Shown one piece after another: positions 1 to 9,197 of a stretch of 64,000 nt of DNA (its first letter is position 1; each line of letters begins with the position of its first letter). The notes under the pieces are model-generated. The model was not told the origin of the DNA and ran no database searches. It worked only from the letters and a program-made list of their open reading frames with translations. Origin of the DNA: an uncultured delta proteobacterium (GTDB lineage: Bacteria; Myxococcota_A; Polyangia; Polyangiales; Polyangiaceae); contig CAVQUB010000007.1 in assembly GCA_963716725.1 (NCBI GenBank), positions 176,722 to 240,721 of the forward strand. Direction: 5' to 3'. A program made the translations under genes and the position numbers.

Positions 1-4
1 CGCG

Positions 5-2089
5 ATGGTGGACGCACGCGGCAGCGGCGTCGCCGAGGTGAGCGGTACGGTAGATGCGCTCGCCTTCAGCAGCCACGTACGGATTTCGCCGGCACGACTC
101 GGCAGCCAGACGTTGCCCGCGTCCGACTTGTCGGTGACGCTGAAGCCCGTCAAGCGCTCGCCCAAGGTCATCGGGCGGTCGCGCTGCGGCGGCGCGATCA
201 CCGCGCCCTTCGACCGCTCGGAGTGGGAGTCGGACGCCATCGCCGGCGTGTTTCACCTGCGCGGCAAGCTGTTTGGCGGGCAGATCGGCTTCGACGATCT
301 GCGCCTGACCCGCCAGCGCAAGAAGACCGTGCGCGGCGAGCTCGCCTTCGCGGATCTCGATCTTGGCGCCTTCGCGGATCTCGCTCCGGCCGCGGGCGGG
401 GCCAAGACCCTGGGCAAGCTGAGCGGCAAGCTGGCCGTAGACGAGCTGCCGCTCGACTCCCCGAGCCGGGCCGCGGGCTCCCTCACCATCGAGCGGCTTT
501 CGCTGAGCCGAGGCGGGCTCTCGGCCGACGTGCTGCCGGGCGCCCGACCCGTCGCGCTCGCTGGTGGAAAGCTGACCTTCCCCGGCCTCGCCCTCTCAGT
601 ACGCACGCCCGGCGGGCAAGAGAGTGTCTTCGACCTGAAGGGCGGCGTCACGGATCTTGGCAGGGGCTCCAACGTCGATGCTTCGCTCACGCTTCGCCCG
701 ATGAACCTCGAGAAGCTCTCGGGAGCGTTCCCTCGCGTGCAGAACGTGAAGGGCAAGCTGGCCGGAGGCGTCCAGGTCACCGGACCCGTCGCTGCGCTGC
801 GCTATCGTGGCGGCTTCGATCTCGATGGCGGCGAGGTGCAAATCCGAGGCTTTGCGCCCATCACAGAGGTGAAGGTGTCGCTGGCCGTCGACAACGACGA
901 GTTGCGGTTGACGCGCGGGTCGGCGCGGGTCGGCAATGGATCGATCGGCATCAGCGGCAGCGCGCCCTTCAAGGGTTTTCAGCTCGGCAGCGCCGCGGGC
1001 ATCATTCGCGCGCGTGACATCGCGCTCCCCCTCGCCGAGGGCGTGAAGGGCAGTGTGGACGGCGATCTGGCCGTGAAGTGGGATCCTGCGCCCGACGGCG
1101 CCACCGAGCGCACGCTCCCGCGGCTGACCGGCAACGTTCTGCTCAAGTCCTTCGAGTATACGCGGCCGGTGGTCATGACCGCCGACATCGCCACCTTGGC
1201 TCAGCGCGGAAAGCGCACGACCTTCGAAGCCTACGATCCTGCTGACGACTTCCTGGACTTCGACGTCACGCTCAGGAGTGATCGCGCGCTCAAGCTCCGC
1301 AACAACCTGATTGAAGCCGAACTCCTGCTCGAGCCCGAGGGGCTCACTCTGGCTGGCACGAACCAGCGCTTCGGCATGCGCGGCGAGGTGAAGATCAAGC
1401 CGGGTGGGACCATCAAGCTCCGGCGCAACGAGTTCGAAATCCGCCAAGGCGTCGTGCGCTTCGACGACGTGACGCGGATCGCGCCCCAGGTGGACGTCAC
1501 GGCGGTCACCGAATACCGGCGATACAGCGAGAAGGGAGCACAGGCGGCGCCGAGCGCCGGCTCCGGGCAGTCGGGCACGGCCGCGCAGGGCGGACGCTGG
1601 CGGATCGCGATGCGCGCCCACGGCGACGCCGACAAGCTGGCCATCGATCTGACCAGCGATCCCGCCTTGGCGCAGGACGACATCTTCTTGTTGCTCACCG
1701 TGGGCCTGACCCGCGCCGAGCTCGACCAGGCTCAGAGCGCGAGCGTGGGCGAGTCAGTGGCCCTCGAGGCCCTCGGTACCCTGAGCGGCGCCGATCGCGC
1801 GGTGACGGAGGCCTTGCCGGTGATCGACGAGTTCCGTTTCGGCAGCGCCTACTCGTCGCGCACGGGTCGCACCGAGCCCACGGTCACCATCGGCAAGCGC
1901 TTGGCGGAGCGCATTCGGGCCAACGTGACCAGCGGTCTGGCCGAGTCCCGGGAGATCCGCTCCAACCTGGAGTGGCGCCTCTCGAATCGCGTGAGCCTCG
2001 AAGGCTCGTACGACAACGTGAACGACATCTCGAGCTCGTCGCTTGGAAACCTGGGCGCGGACATCCGCTGGCGGCTCGAGTTCGAGTGA
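5..2089 (+). CDS. tamB: Translocation/assembly module TamB (DUF490) family protein, 5'-partial
   Basis: Beta-rich repeats and a typical TamB C-terminus (LTSDPALAQDDIFLLL...TIGKRL...GADIRWRLEFE). The frame is open to the window edge. Confidence 0.85.
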   Translation: MVDARGSGVAEVSGTVDALAFSSHVRISPARLGSQTLPASDLSVTLKPVKRSPKVIGRSRCGGAITAPFDRSEWESDAIAGVFHLRGKLFGGQIGFDDLRLTRQRKKTVRGELAFADLDLGAFADLAPAAGGAKTLGKLSGKLAVDELPLDSPSRAAGSLTIERLSLSRGGLSADVLPGARPVALAGGKLTFPGLALSVRTPGGQESVFDLKGGVTDLGRGSNVDASLTLRPMNLEKLSGAFPRVQNVKGKLAGGVQVTGPVAALRYRGGFDLDGGEVQIRGFAPITEVKVSLAVDNDELRLTRGSARVGNGSIGISGSAPFKGFQLGSAAGIIRARDIALPLAEGVKGSVDGDLAVKWDPAPDGATERTLPRLTGNVLLKSFEYTRPVVMTADIATLAQRGKRTTFEAYDPADDFLDFDVTLRSDRALKLRNNLIEAELLLEPEGLTLAGTNQRFGMRGEVKIKPGGTIKLRRNEFEIRQGVVRFDDVTRIAPQVDVTAVTEYRRYSEKGAQAAPSAGSGQSGTAAQGGRWRIAMRAHGDADKLAIDLTSDPALAQDDIFLLLTVGLTRAELDQAQSASVGESVALEALGTLSGADRAVTEALPVIDEFRFGSAYSSRTGRTEPTVTIGKRLAERIRANVTSGLAESREIRSNLEWRLSNRVSLEGSYDNVNDISSSSLGNLGADIRWRLEFE

Positions 2090-2149
2090 CGGCTGCGCGC
2101 GGTCGCCCAGCGTGCTAGCAAGCAAACATCAGCAGCGGGAGAGCAAGCG

Positions 2150-3070
2150 ATGCGAAAAGGATCTTGGTTCTTGGCGTTGGGCGTGGGCTGGATCGCGGCT
2201 GCGGGCTGCGGGGGTTCGACCGGCGACGGCTCGAGTTCGGCGACGCCGGTCCCTGCGGACCAATTCGTTTCAGCATTCGTCAACGCGGTCTGCGACAACC
2301 TGGGCCCGTGCTGCCAGAAGTCAGGGCTGAAGTACGCCGCCGCGGGCTGCAAGGCCGTGGGAATGGAGGAGTTTGCGTCGGACTTCAAGCCGAACCTGCC
2401 GAACACCCTCTACGACGCGGCGGCGGCAGGCAAATGCGTCGCGGCAGTGAAGAACGCCGCCACCACCTGCAGTGACTTCGACGGCATCGACGAGCTCTGC
2501 AGCCGCATCCTGAAGGGCACGCTCCAAGAGGGCGCGACCTGCACCGAGGACGAAGAGTGTGCTGCTCCGGCCAACGGCCGCGCGGAGTGCGACTACGCCC
2601 TCGACGCCCCGAACGGCAAGTGCGTCGTGCAAGCGCGCGGCAAGCTCGGCGATGGCTGCACCGATACCTGCACCGAGAGCGCGTCGTCGATATCGTGCTC
2701 GGGCGGTTCGAGCGGCGCGCCGTCGTCGGGCAACGCCACTTGTTACACCAACGATGGCGTCTACTGCGACGGGACTTGCAAGCCCGTGATCCCCCTGGGC
2801 GGTGCCTGCGAGTACGAGGGCTGCGTGACCGGAGCGTTCTGCGACCAGGGCAAGTGCGCGGCGATGCCCGGTGCCGGTAGCCCCTGCGCTAACGGCTACG
2901 ACTGCGCCGAAGGTCACTACTGCGACGAGAAGCAGATCTGTCAAAAGCAGAAGGCCTTGGGCCAGCCCTGCGCGTCGTCCGACGAATGTTCGACGAGCGA
3001 GTGCGACGGAACCACCTGCGTGGTGGACTCGCCGGTCTCGACCGAGATCTGCGACGGCACCAAGTCCTGA
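2150..3070 (+). CDS. Cys-rich lipoprotein of myxobacterial type
   Basis: GGGAGAG RBS, signal peptide with lipobox IAAAGC, and many Cys in repeated GxxC..C motifs. Confidence 0.75.
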   Translation: MRKGSWFLALGVGWIAAAGCGGSTGDGSSSATPVPADQFVSAFVNAVCDNLGPCCQKSGLKYAAAGCKAVGMEEFASDFKPNLPNTLYDAAAAGKCVAAVKNAATTCSDFDGIDELCSRILKGTLQEGATCTEDEECAAPANGRAECDYALDAPNGKCVVQARGKLGDGCTDTCTESASSISCSGGSSGAPSSGNATCYTNDGVYCDGTCKPVIPLGGACEYEGCVTGAFCDQGKCAAMPGAGSPCANGYDCAEGHYCDEKQICQKQKALGQPCASSDECSTSECDGTTCVVDSPVSTEICDGTKS

Positions 3071-3115
3071 GCTTCCGGGTCAGCGTGGGCCGTGAACTTC
3101 GGCTAGCATGGCCCG

Positions 3116-5104
3116 ATGGCGCGTCGCTCGGCGATGGTACCCGCGGTGATCGGGCTCGCGGTCGGGCTCACCGGCTGCGGGGGTGACTCCGAATCGACGG
3201 ATTCAGCGTCGGTGGTAGTGGTCTACGGCGATCCGGCGAAGACCGAGCTCACGCTCTTCCCGTCGGATCGCTACACGGTCGACGACGAGGCGACTCCGAG
3301 CGGGCTGCGCGTGGACCTCGGCGCCCACAACACCATCGATCAGGTGCTGGCGACGTCCCCGATTTCCCTCGCGCAGCTCAACGAACTCGACGGGTTTTCC
3401 ACCACCGGGGGCGTCGGGGTGAGGCTGTCCGGTCCCATCGATCCCCGCGGGCTCGTGCAGATGCCCGAGGCGGATCCACCGGTGCTCGACCCTCTGAAGG
3501 ACGCCAGCGACTACGCCTTGGTGGGCACGCCGATGTTCTTGGTCGAGCTCGAGAGCGGCGTGGCCATCGGCATCGTGCCGCGCTACTTCGAGCAGCCCAA
3601 AGACCTCGATTTCCCCGCGGACGATTTCGCGCTCCTGGCTGAGCCTGCCGTGCCGCTCTTGCCCGGCAAGCGCTACTTGTTCGCCGTCACCGACGAGCTC
3701 CGGGCCAAAGACGGCACGCGCGTCGGTCGCTCGAGCGCCATGAGCCGCGCGCTGGGCAGCTCCGGCGCTGCCTACGACGTCGACCTGCGGGCGGCCCTCG
3801 ACCTGGCCGCGCCGGTGGTGGGAACGAGCGCGAAGCACGTGGTTGCCGCCACTCTCTTCACCACGGCCAGCGTGCAAGACGGGCTGGTCGCTGCCGCCAA
3901 GGCGCGGCGCGCGGCAGCGCCGCCGAAGCAAGTCACGTCGTGGAGCATCGAGACCGCGTCGACGGCGATGGACCAGCGCGTGCGATTCAAGGCCAGCTTC
4001 GAAGCGCCGGAGTTCCGAAAGGCCAAGCCCGACGGCAAGTGGCAGATCGCCGCGTCCGGCGCGCCCGTGGCGCAGAAGAGCGTGAACTTGGAGGCGTTTC
4101 TGTCGTTTTCCAAGTCGACGGAGAGCGGACCGCGTCCGGTGGTGATCTACCAACACGGTCTCGGCGGTGACAAAGACGGTGGTTGGGGCACCACCGAGCG
4201 ACTCGCGCCCATCGCTCCGCACGGAGTCGCGGTGCTTGCCATCGACTCCCCGGAGCACGGGTCGCGGGGAAACGGCAGCGCGTCGGTGGTCTCGAGCGCC
4301 TTCACTTTCTTCGGGGTCGAACCAGGATCGCTCGAGTTCGACATCGGCCGCGCGCGGGACAACTTTCGACAGATGGCCATCGATCAACTCGAGTTGGTGC
4401 GTTTCATCGGCACCTTGGGTTCGCTCGATCTCCTGCCCCTGGACGCGAGCGGCAACCCGGCGCCGGACGGCAAGCCCGATCTCGACGTGTCACGCATCCT
4501 CTACATCGGGCATTCGTTCGGCAGCGTGCAGGGCGCCAGCGTGTTCGCCCTGGCGCCGGAGATCACGATGGCCACCTGGAACGTGGGCGGTGCCGGCTTG
4601 ATGATGCTGCTCCGCGACTCGCCGCTGTTCAGCCTCGGCGTAGTCAAATCTCTGGCGCCGCCGGCCACGCCCTGGGGAGCCGTGGCGCGCTTCATGGCAT
4701 TCACGCAGGCTATCGTGGACCCGGGCGATCCGCTGAACTTCGCGCGCCACGCGGCGCAGGCGCCGCTGGACGGCGTGCCGGGTTGGACGGCCCGCGACGT
4801 GCTGATCCAAGAGGTGGTCAACGACTCCATCGTGCCGAACTCGACCAGTGAAGCCTTGGCCCGCGCCGTGGGCGCCGGGCTCATGCACCGAGTCACGAAC
4901 GCGTCCGGACTCACGGATCTGGGAGCAACAGCCACCGCGAACGCCAGCGGGGCCACGGCGGTGCTGTGTCAGTTCGACCAGGTCGGCGGCAAGGCCGCCG
5001 AGCACGGCGGGCTGATCTTCACGACCGAGGCCATCGACCAGTACGTCGAGTTCTTCAAGACCGGTCTTTCGAGCAGCCACGGGACCGTGAAGTCCCCCTA
5101 CTGA
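3116..5104 (+). CDS. Lipoprotein with alpha/beta-hydrolase (lipase-like) domain
   Basis: Lipobox LTGC, N-terminal FPSD/LNELDGFST motifs, YQHGLGG, nucleophile elbow YIGHSFGS, and downstream Asp (NDSIVPN) and His (EHGG). Confidence 0.75.
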   Translation: MARRSAMVPAVIGLAVGLTGCGGDSESTDSASVVVVYGDPAKTELTLFPSDRYTVDDEATPSGLRVDLGAHNTIDQVLATSPISLAQLNELDGFSTTGGVGVRLSGPIDPRGLVQMPEADPPVLDPLKDASDYALVGTPMFLVELESGVAIGIVPRYFEQPKDLDFPADDFALLAEPAVPLLPGKRYLFAVTDELRAKDGTRVGRSSAMSRALGSSGAAYDVDLRAALDLAAPVVGTSAKHVVAATLFTTASVQDGLVAAAKARRAAAPPKQVTSWSIETASTAMDQRVRFKASFEAPEFRKAKPDGKWQIAASGAPVAQKSVNLEAFLSFSKSTESGPRPVVIYQHGLGGDKDGGWGTTERLAPIAPHGVAVLAIDSPEHGSRGNGSASVVSSAFTFFGVEPGSLEFDIGRARDNFRQMAIDQLELVRFIGTLGSLDLLPLDASGNPAPDGKPDLDVSRILYIGHSFGSVQGASVFALAPEITMATWNVGGAGLMMLLRDSPLFSLGVVKSLAPPATPWGAVARFMAFTQAIVDPGDPLNFARHAAQAPLDGVPGWTARDVLIQEVVNDSIVPNSTSEALARAVGAGLMHRVTNASGLTDLGATATANASGATAVLCQFDQVGGKAAEHGGLIFTTEAIDQYVEFFKTGLSSSHGTVKSPY

Positions 5105-5113
5105 GCGGTGCGC

Positions 5114-6712
5114 ATGCCCAAGCGAAGTTTCTGGGGTTGGGGGAACGAAGGCGTGGGGCCCGACCCCGCGATGCTCTCCGCGGTGGAGGGCGCCCTGCCT
5201 TCGCTCTTGGATCTGCCCGCGCTCAGCCCGCGGCCGGCGCCGCGCCTCGAGGACGTCGACCTGCGCGCTCCTCGCGTGCAACCGAGCCCGGCCATTTTGC
5301 GCCTCTTGTCGAATGATCGCTACGACCGCGCCTGCCACTCTTATGGCAAGAGCTACCGGGATCTGGTGCGGGCCTTCGCGGGACACTTCGACAACCCGCC
5401 CGACTTCGTGGCGTACCCGGAGAACGAAGCGGACGTCGCGGCGCTCCTGGATTTCTGCGGCGCCAGCCAGGTCGCCGCGGTGATCTTCGGGGGCGGCTCC
5501 AGCGTCTGCGGCGGCGTCGAGCTCTCGAGCCACCCGCGCTATCGCGGGTCCATCAGCATCGATCTCGGGCGCATGAACCGCGTGCTCGAGATCGACCACC
5601 TGTCGCGGGCAGCGCGCATTCAGGCGGGCATGCTCGGTCCCGATCTCGAAAGCGGCCTGCGCAGCCACGGCCTGACGCTCCGGCACTACCCCCAGTCATT
5701 CGAGTTCTCGACCCTCGGGGGGTGGATCGCCACGCGTTCGGCCGGGCACTTTGCCACAGGGCCGACGCACATCGACGAACTGGTCGAGGCGGTCCGGGTG
5801 GTCACGCCGAGCGGAGTCATCGAGACGAGACGCTTGCCCGGCGACGGCGCGGGGCCGAGCCCCGAGCGACTGTTCATCGGCTCCGAGGGCGCCTTCGGTG
5901 TCATCACGGAGGCCTGGGTCCGCATCTTCGAACGCCCGCGGTTCCGGGCGAAAGCGAGCGTTCGGTTTCCGGACTTCGCGAGCGGTCTCCGAGCGGTCCG
6001 CGCCCTCGCGCAGTCGGGGCTGACGCCCTCCAACTGCCGGCTACTCGATCCGCTCGAGGCGATGATGAACGGCGCGGCGGGCGGGGACGCTGCCGTGTTG
6101 ATGTTGGCATTCGAGTCCGCGGATCACGCCCTTGATGCCTGGATGGCGCGCGCCGCGGAGCTCTGCCGGGATCACGCTGGATCGGTGCCAGACAAAGCTC
6201 TGCACACGCGCCACGAGGACGCATCGACCCGAGACGCCGCGGAAGGCGCCTGGCGTGATGCGTTCTTGCGGGCGCCCTACCTGCGCGACGCGCTGGTCGC
6301 ACGTGGGATCTTCGTCGAAACTTTCGAGACCGCCGTCACCTGGGACAAATTCGACGCGCTGCACGCTCGGGTCGTGCAGGCTGCGCGGGACGCGGCCGAG
6401 ACCAAGGCCTTGGTGAGTTGCCGGATCACGCACGCCTACCCCGACGGCGCCGCACCATACTTCACCGTCGTCGCGCCGGCGCGAGCGGACGCGGAGCTTT
6501 CGCAGTGGCTGGCCGTCAAGACCGCGATCACCGACGCCATGCTGGCCGAGGGCGGGACCACCACTCACCACCATGCGGTGGGGCGGGACTTTCGCCCTTG
6601 GTACGAGCAACAAGTTCCGACGCTTCTGCGGTCGAGCCTCGAAGCGGTCAAACGCCAGCTGGATCCGTCGTCGATCTTGAACCCTGGCGTGTTGCTTCCA
6701 GAAGCCGACTGA
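5114..6712 (+). CDS. FAD-linked oxidase, alkyl-dihydroxyacetonephosphate synthase-like
   Basis: FGGGSSVCGG, LRHYPQSFEFSTLGGWIATR, GSEGAFGVIT, ETFETA, HHHAVG and LNPG motifs. Confidence 0.85.
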   Translation: MPKRSFWGWGNEGVGPDPAMLSAVEGALPSLLDLPALSPRPAPRLEDVDLRAPRVQPSPAILRLLSNDRYDRACHSYGKSYRDLVRAFAGHFDNPPDFVAYPENEADVAALLDFCGASQVAAVIFGGGSSVCGGVELSSHPRYRGSISIDLGRMNRVLEIDHLSRAARIQAGMLGPDLESGLRSHGLTLRHYPQSFEFSTLGGWIATRSAGHFATGPTHIDELVEAVRVVTPSGVIETRRLPGDGAGPSPERLFIGSEGAFGVITEAWVRIFERPRFRAKASVRFPDFASGLRAVRALAQSGLTPSNCRLLDPLEAMMNGAAGGDAAVLMLAFESADHALDAWMARAAELCRDHAGSVPDKALHTRHEDASTRDAAEGAWRDAFLRAPYLRDALVARGIFVETFETAVTWDKFDALHARVVQAARDAAETKALVSCRITHAYPDGAAPYFTVVAPARADAELSQWLAVKTAITDAMLAEGGTTTHHHAVGRDFRPWYEQQVPTLLRSSLEAVKRQLDPSSILNPGVLLPEAD

Positions 6713-6746
6713 CGTTTGTGTCGAGGGGCACTAAGCTCCGGGCGCC

Positions 6747-7109
6747 GTGAAAGTCCGTCTGGTTCGAGAGTACCGTTTTGAAGCCGCGCACCGCTTGCCC
6801 CACGTCCCCGAAGGACACAAGTGCCAGCGACTGCACGGCCACAGCTTCAAGATCGATCTCGCCGTCGCTGGTCCCGTGAACGACGTGACCGGGTGGTTCA
6901 TCGACTTCGGTGATCTCGACGAAATCTGGGCGCCGCTCCACGATACGCTCGATCATCGATACTTGAACGAGATCCCCGGCCTCGAAAATCCGACCAGCGA
7001 AGTCCTGGCGCGCTGGCTGTGGGAGCGCATTCGGGCGCGGTTGCCGGAGCTCGTACGTGTCACCGTCTACGAGACTTGTGACGCGCGCTGCGAATACGAA
7101 GGCGAGTGA
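6747..7109 (+). CDS. queD: 6-carboxy-5,6,7,8-tetrahydropterin synthase
   Basis: FEAAHRLP, CQRLHGHS, LDHRYLN, ENPTSE and VYET motifs. Confidence 0.93.
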   Translation: MKVRLVREYRFEAAHRLPHVPEGHKCQRLHGHSFKIDLAVAGPVNDVTGWFIDFGDLDEIWAPLHDTLDHRYLNEIPGLENPTSEVLARWLWERIRARLPELVRVTVYETCDARCEYEGE

Positions 7110-7112
7110 CCA

Positions 7113-7397
7113 TCAGCCTTCAGGGTCACCTTCGTATCCCCACTCGGGATCGATCCCCGCGAGGTCCGCCAGTCTTGCCGGATGATAGGGTGGCCGTGGA
7201 GTGAAGCCCGTGCTGGGATCACACCCTCGCTCCGCGAGCAATTTGCCGGTCAAGGCCATGCACCACTTGCCCTGGCACCACCCCGTGCCGAAGCCGGTGT
7301 AGCGCTTCACTGACTCGATGTCCCTGTGTCCGATCGAGATGGCGTGCTCGAGTTCGTGCAAAGTCACGTCTTCGCAGCGACATACCAGCGTCTTCAC
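7113..7397 (-). CDS. BFD-like (2Fe-2S)-binding protein (SoxA/HcnB C-terminal type)
   Basis: VCRCEDVT...GTGWCQGKWC...RPP motif. Confidence 0.85.
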   Translation of the reverse strand: MKTLVCRCEDVTLHELEHAISIGHRDIESVKRYTGFGTGWCQGKWCMALTGKLLAERGCDPSTGFTPRPPYHPARLADLAGIDPEWGYEGDPEG

Positions 7398-7492
7398 GGG
7401 TCCCAGGCTAGCCCCGCGTGGGGGTCGCAGCTATGCTTTCCGGGCGCGCACCGCTGAATCTCGATCCGGGCGCACGCTACGAAGGAGAACCC

Positions 7493-8434
7493 ATGCGCTC
7501 CCGATCGCTCGCGATTTCGCTGTTGGCTTTTGGTGCAATCGCCGTCGCCTGCGGCGGCAGCAACGATGACGCGGGCCTCTTCGGGGGAACGGGGGGCCAG
7601 GCGAACACGGGAGGCAGCGGAAACGCCAGCGGCAGCGGGGGCGCGGTCGGTGGCGCCAGCGGCGCGAACAGCGGGGGCTCGGGCAACACCGGCGGCGCCG
7701 GCGGCAGCGGCAACACCGGCGGCGCCGGCGGCAGCGGCAACACCGGCGGCATCGGCGGCAGCGGCAACACCGGCGGCGCCGGCGGCAGCGGCAACACCGG
7801 CGGCATCGGCGGCAGCGGCAACACCGGCGGCATCGGCGGGTTTCCGACGGGCGGCGGGGGTGGCATCGGCGGATTTCCGACGGGCGGCGGGGGTGGCATC
7901 GGCGGATTTCCGATGGGCGGCACCGGCGGCATCGGCGGATTTCCGACGGGAGGCATCGGCGGATTTCCGATGGGCGGCACCGGCGGCATCGGCGGGTTTC
8001 CGACGGGCGGCGGGGGTGGCATCGGCGGATTTCCGACGGGCGGCGGGGGTGGCATCGGTGGCAGCGGCGGCACGACCGGTGGCGGATCCATCGCCTGCGG
8101 CGTTGATAACTGCGACGCGGCGAAGGAATACTGCTGTCAGTATTTCCAGGGCGGAAGCAGCTACAACGCCTCGTGCACCGCCAGCTCGGCGTCGTGTTAC
8201 GGCACCGACGTCAAATGTGACGGCCCCGAAGACTGCGGGTCCGGTCAGACCTGTTGCGGCACCCTGGTGCAAGATGGCGGGACTTCGTATTACACGGACT
8301 TCAGCTGCAAGAAGTCGTGCAACTACACTGGTGCGCGGATCATCTGCGGCAATTCCCCTGGAGTCTGTCCGAACGGCACCACCTGCAAGGCGAGCTCCAT
8401 CCTGCCGCAGTACAAATTCTGTTCGTCGAGCTGA
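7493..8434 (+). CDS. Gly-rich/Cys-rich lipoprotein
   Basis: GAAGGAG RBS before ATG 7493, lipobox AVAC, Gly repeat linker, and a Cys-rich C-terminal domain (CDGPEDC..CC). Confidence 0.8.
   Translation: MRSRSLAISLLAFGAIAVACGGSNDDAGLFGGTGGQANTGGSGNASGSGGAVGGASGANSGGSGNTGGAGGSGNTGGAGGSGNTGGIGGSGNTGGAGGSGNTGGIGGSGNTGGIGGFPTGGGGGIGGFPTGGGGGIGGFPMGGTGGIGGFPTGGIGGFPMGGTGGIGGFPTGGGGGIGGFPTGGGGGIGGSGGTTGGGSIACGVDNCDAAKEYCCQYFQGGSSYNASCTASSASCYGTDVKCDGPEDCGSGQTCCGTLVQDGGTSYYTDFSCKKSCNYTGARIICGNSPGVCPNGTTCKASSILPQYKFCSSS
7675..8060 (+). repeat. Coding tandem repeats (27-bp GGSGNTGG[A/I] units followed by GGFP[T/M]GG..GGI units)
   Basis: Near-perfect tandem units visible in DNA and protein. Confidence 0.85.
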
Positions 8435-8440
8435 GCGCGG

Positions 8441-9115
8441 TCACTCCGCCGTGGCCAGGTCGGCGCACAAGCTAGCGTGCTCGCCGATCGCGCGTCCGCG
8501 CTGGAACCCGATCTCGCAGGCGTAGGGATCTTTCAAGCTCTCGGCGAATCCAACCGGGATCGAACCGTCCCAGGAGCGCGCTCCATCGACGCGTGCGCGA
8601 ACCACGCCCTTCGGATCGATAAACCAAGTCTCGGGGTACAACTTGGTTCCGAAGCTGTCTCCCACCACCTTCGCGTCCTCGTCGATCAAGACCACGAAGG
8701 GCGGAGTGTCGGTGCCCAGAACGCTCTTGAGCGTCCCCCGTACGTCCTCGGCGCTGTCGTCGGTCGAGATGGTGACCAGCGCGATGTCCTGGTGGGTGTT
8801 GACGATCTTTCCGAGCTCGGCCAGGGACGGCATCTCTTCGAGGCAGGGGCGGCAGGTCTTCGTCCAGAAATTGAGGATCACCACCTTGCCGCGGAAGCTC
8901 GACAGGCGAACCTTCTCGCCGGTGAGGGAGGGCAGTTCGAAGTCCGGGGCCAGGCGGTTGCGGCCGGCGTAGCTGGGGCCGAGGGCGCAGAGTGAGGTGC
9001 AGACCCTGCGCGCCTCGCCGTCCCGTGCCGTGCGCGCGAACGAATAAACGCCGAACGCGGCCATCGCCACCACGACGAGCTGGGCCAGCTGAGCCGGTTT
9101 CACCGGGGGCTTCAT
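8441..9115 (-). CDS. TlpA/ResA-family thiol-disulfide oxidoreductase
   Basis: APDFEL, GKVVILNFW, CRPC and PETWFID motifs with an N-terminal membrane anchor. Start chosen at MKPP. Confidence 0.88.
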   Translation of the reverse strand: MKPPVKPAQLAQLVVVAMAAFGVYSFARTARDGEARRVCTSLCALGPSYAGRNRLAPDFELPSLTGEKVRLSSFRGKVVILNFWTKTCRPCLEEMPSLAELGKIVNTHQDIALVTISTDDSAEDVRGTLKSVLGTDTPPFVVLIDEDAKVVGDSFGTKLYPETWFIDPKGVVRARVDGARSWDGSIPVGFAESLKDPYACEIGFQRGRAIGEHASLCADLATAE

Positions 9116-9197
9116 AGTCCAGTGGCCCCCGAGGAGCCATGCCCCCGTCCACCTTGGTGCTGAACCGCATCCCCGACAAAGGGGGTAGAATCCCCCC

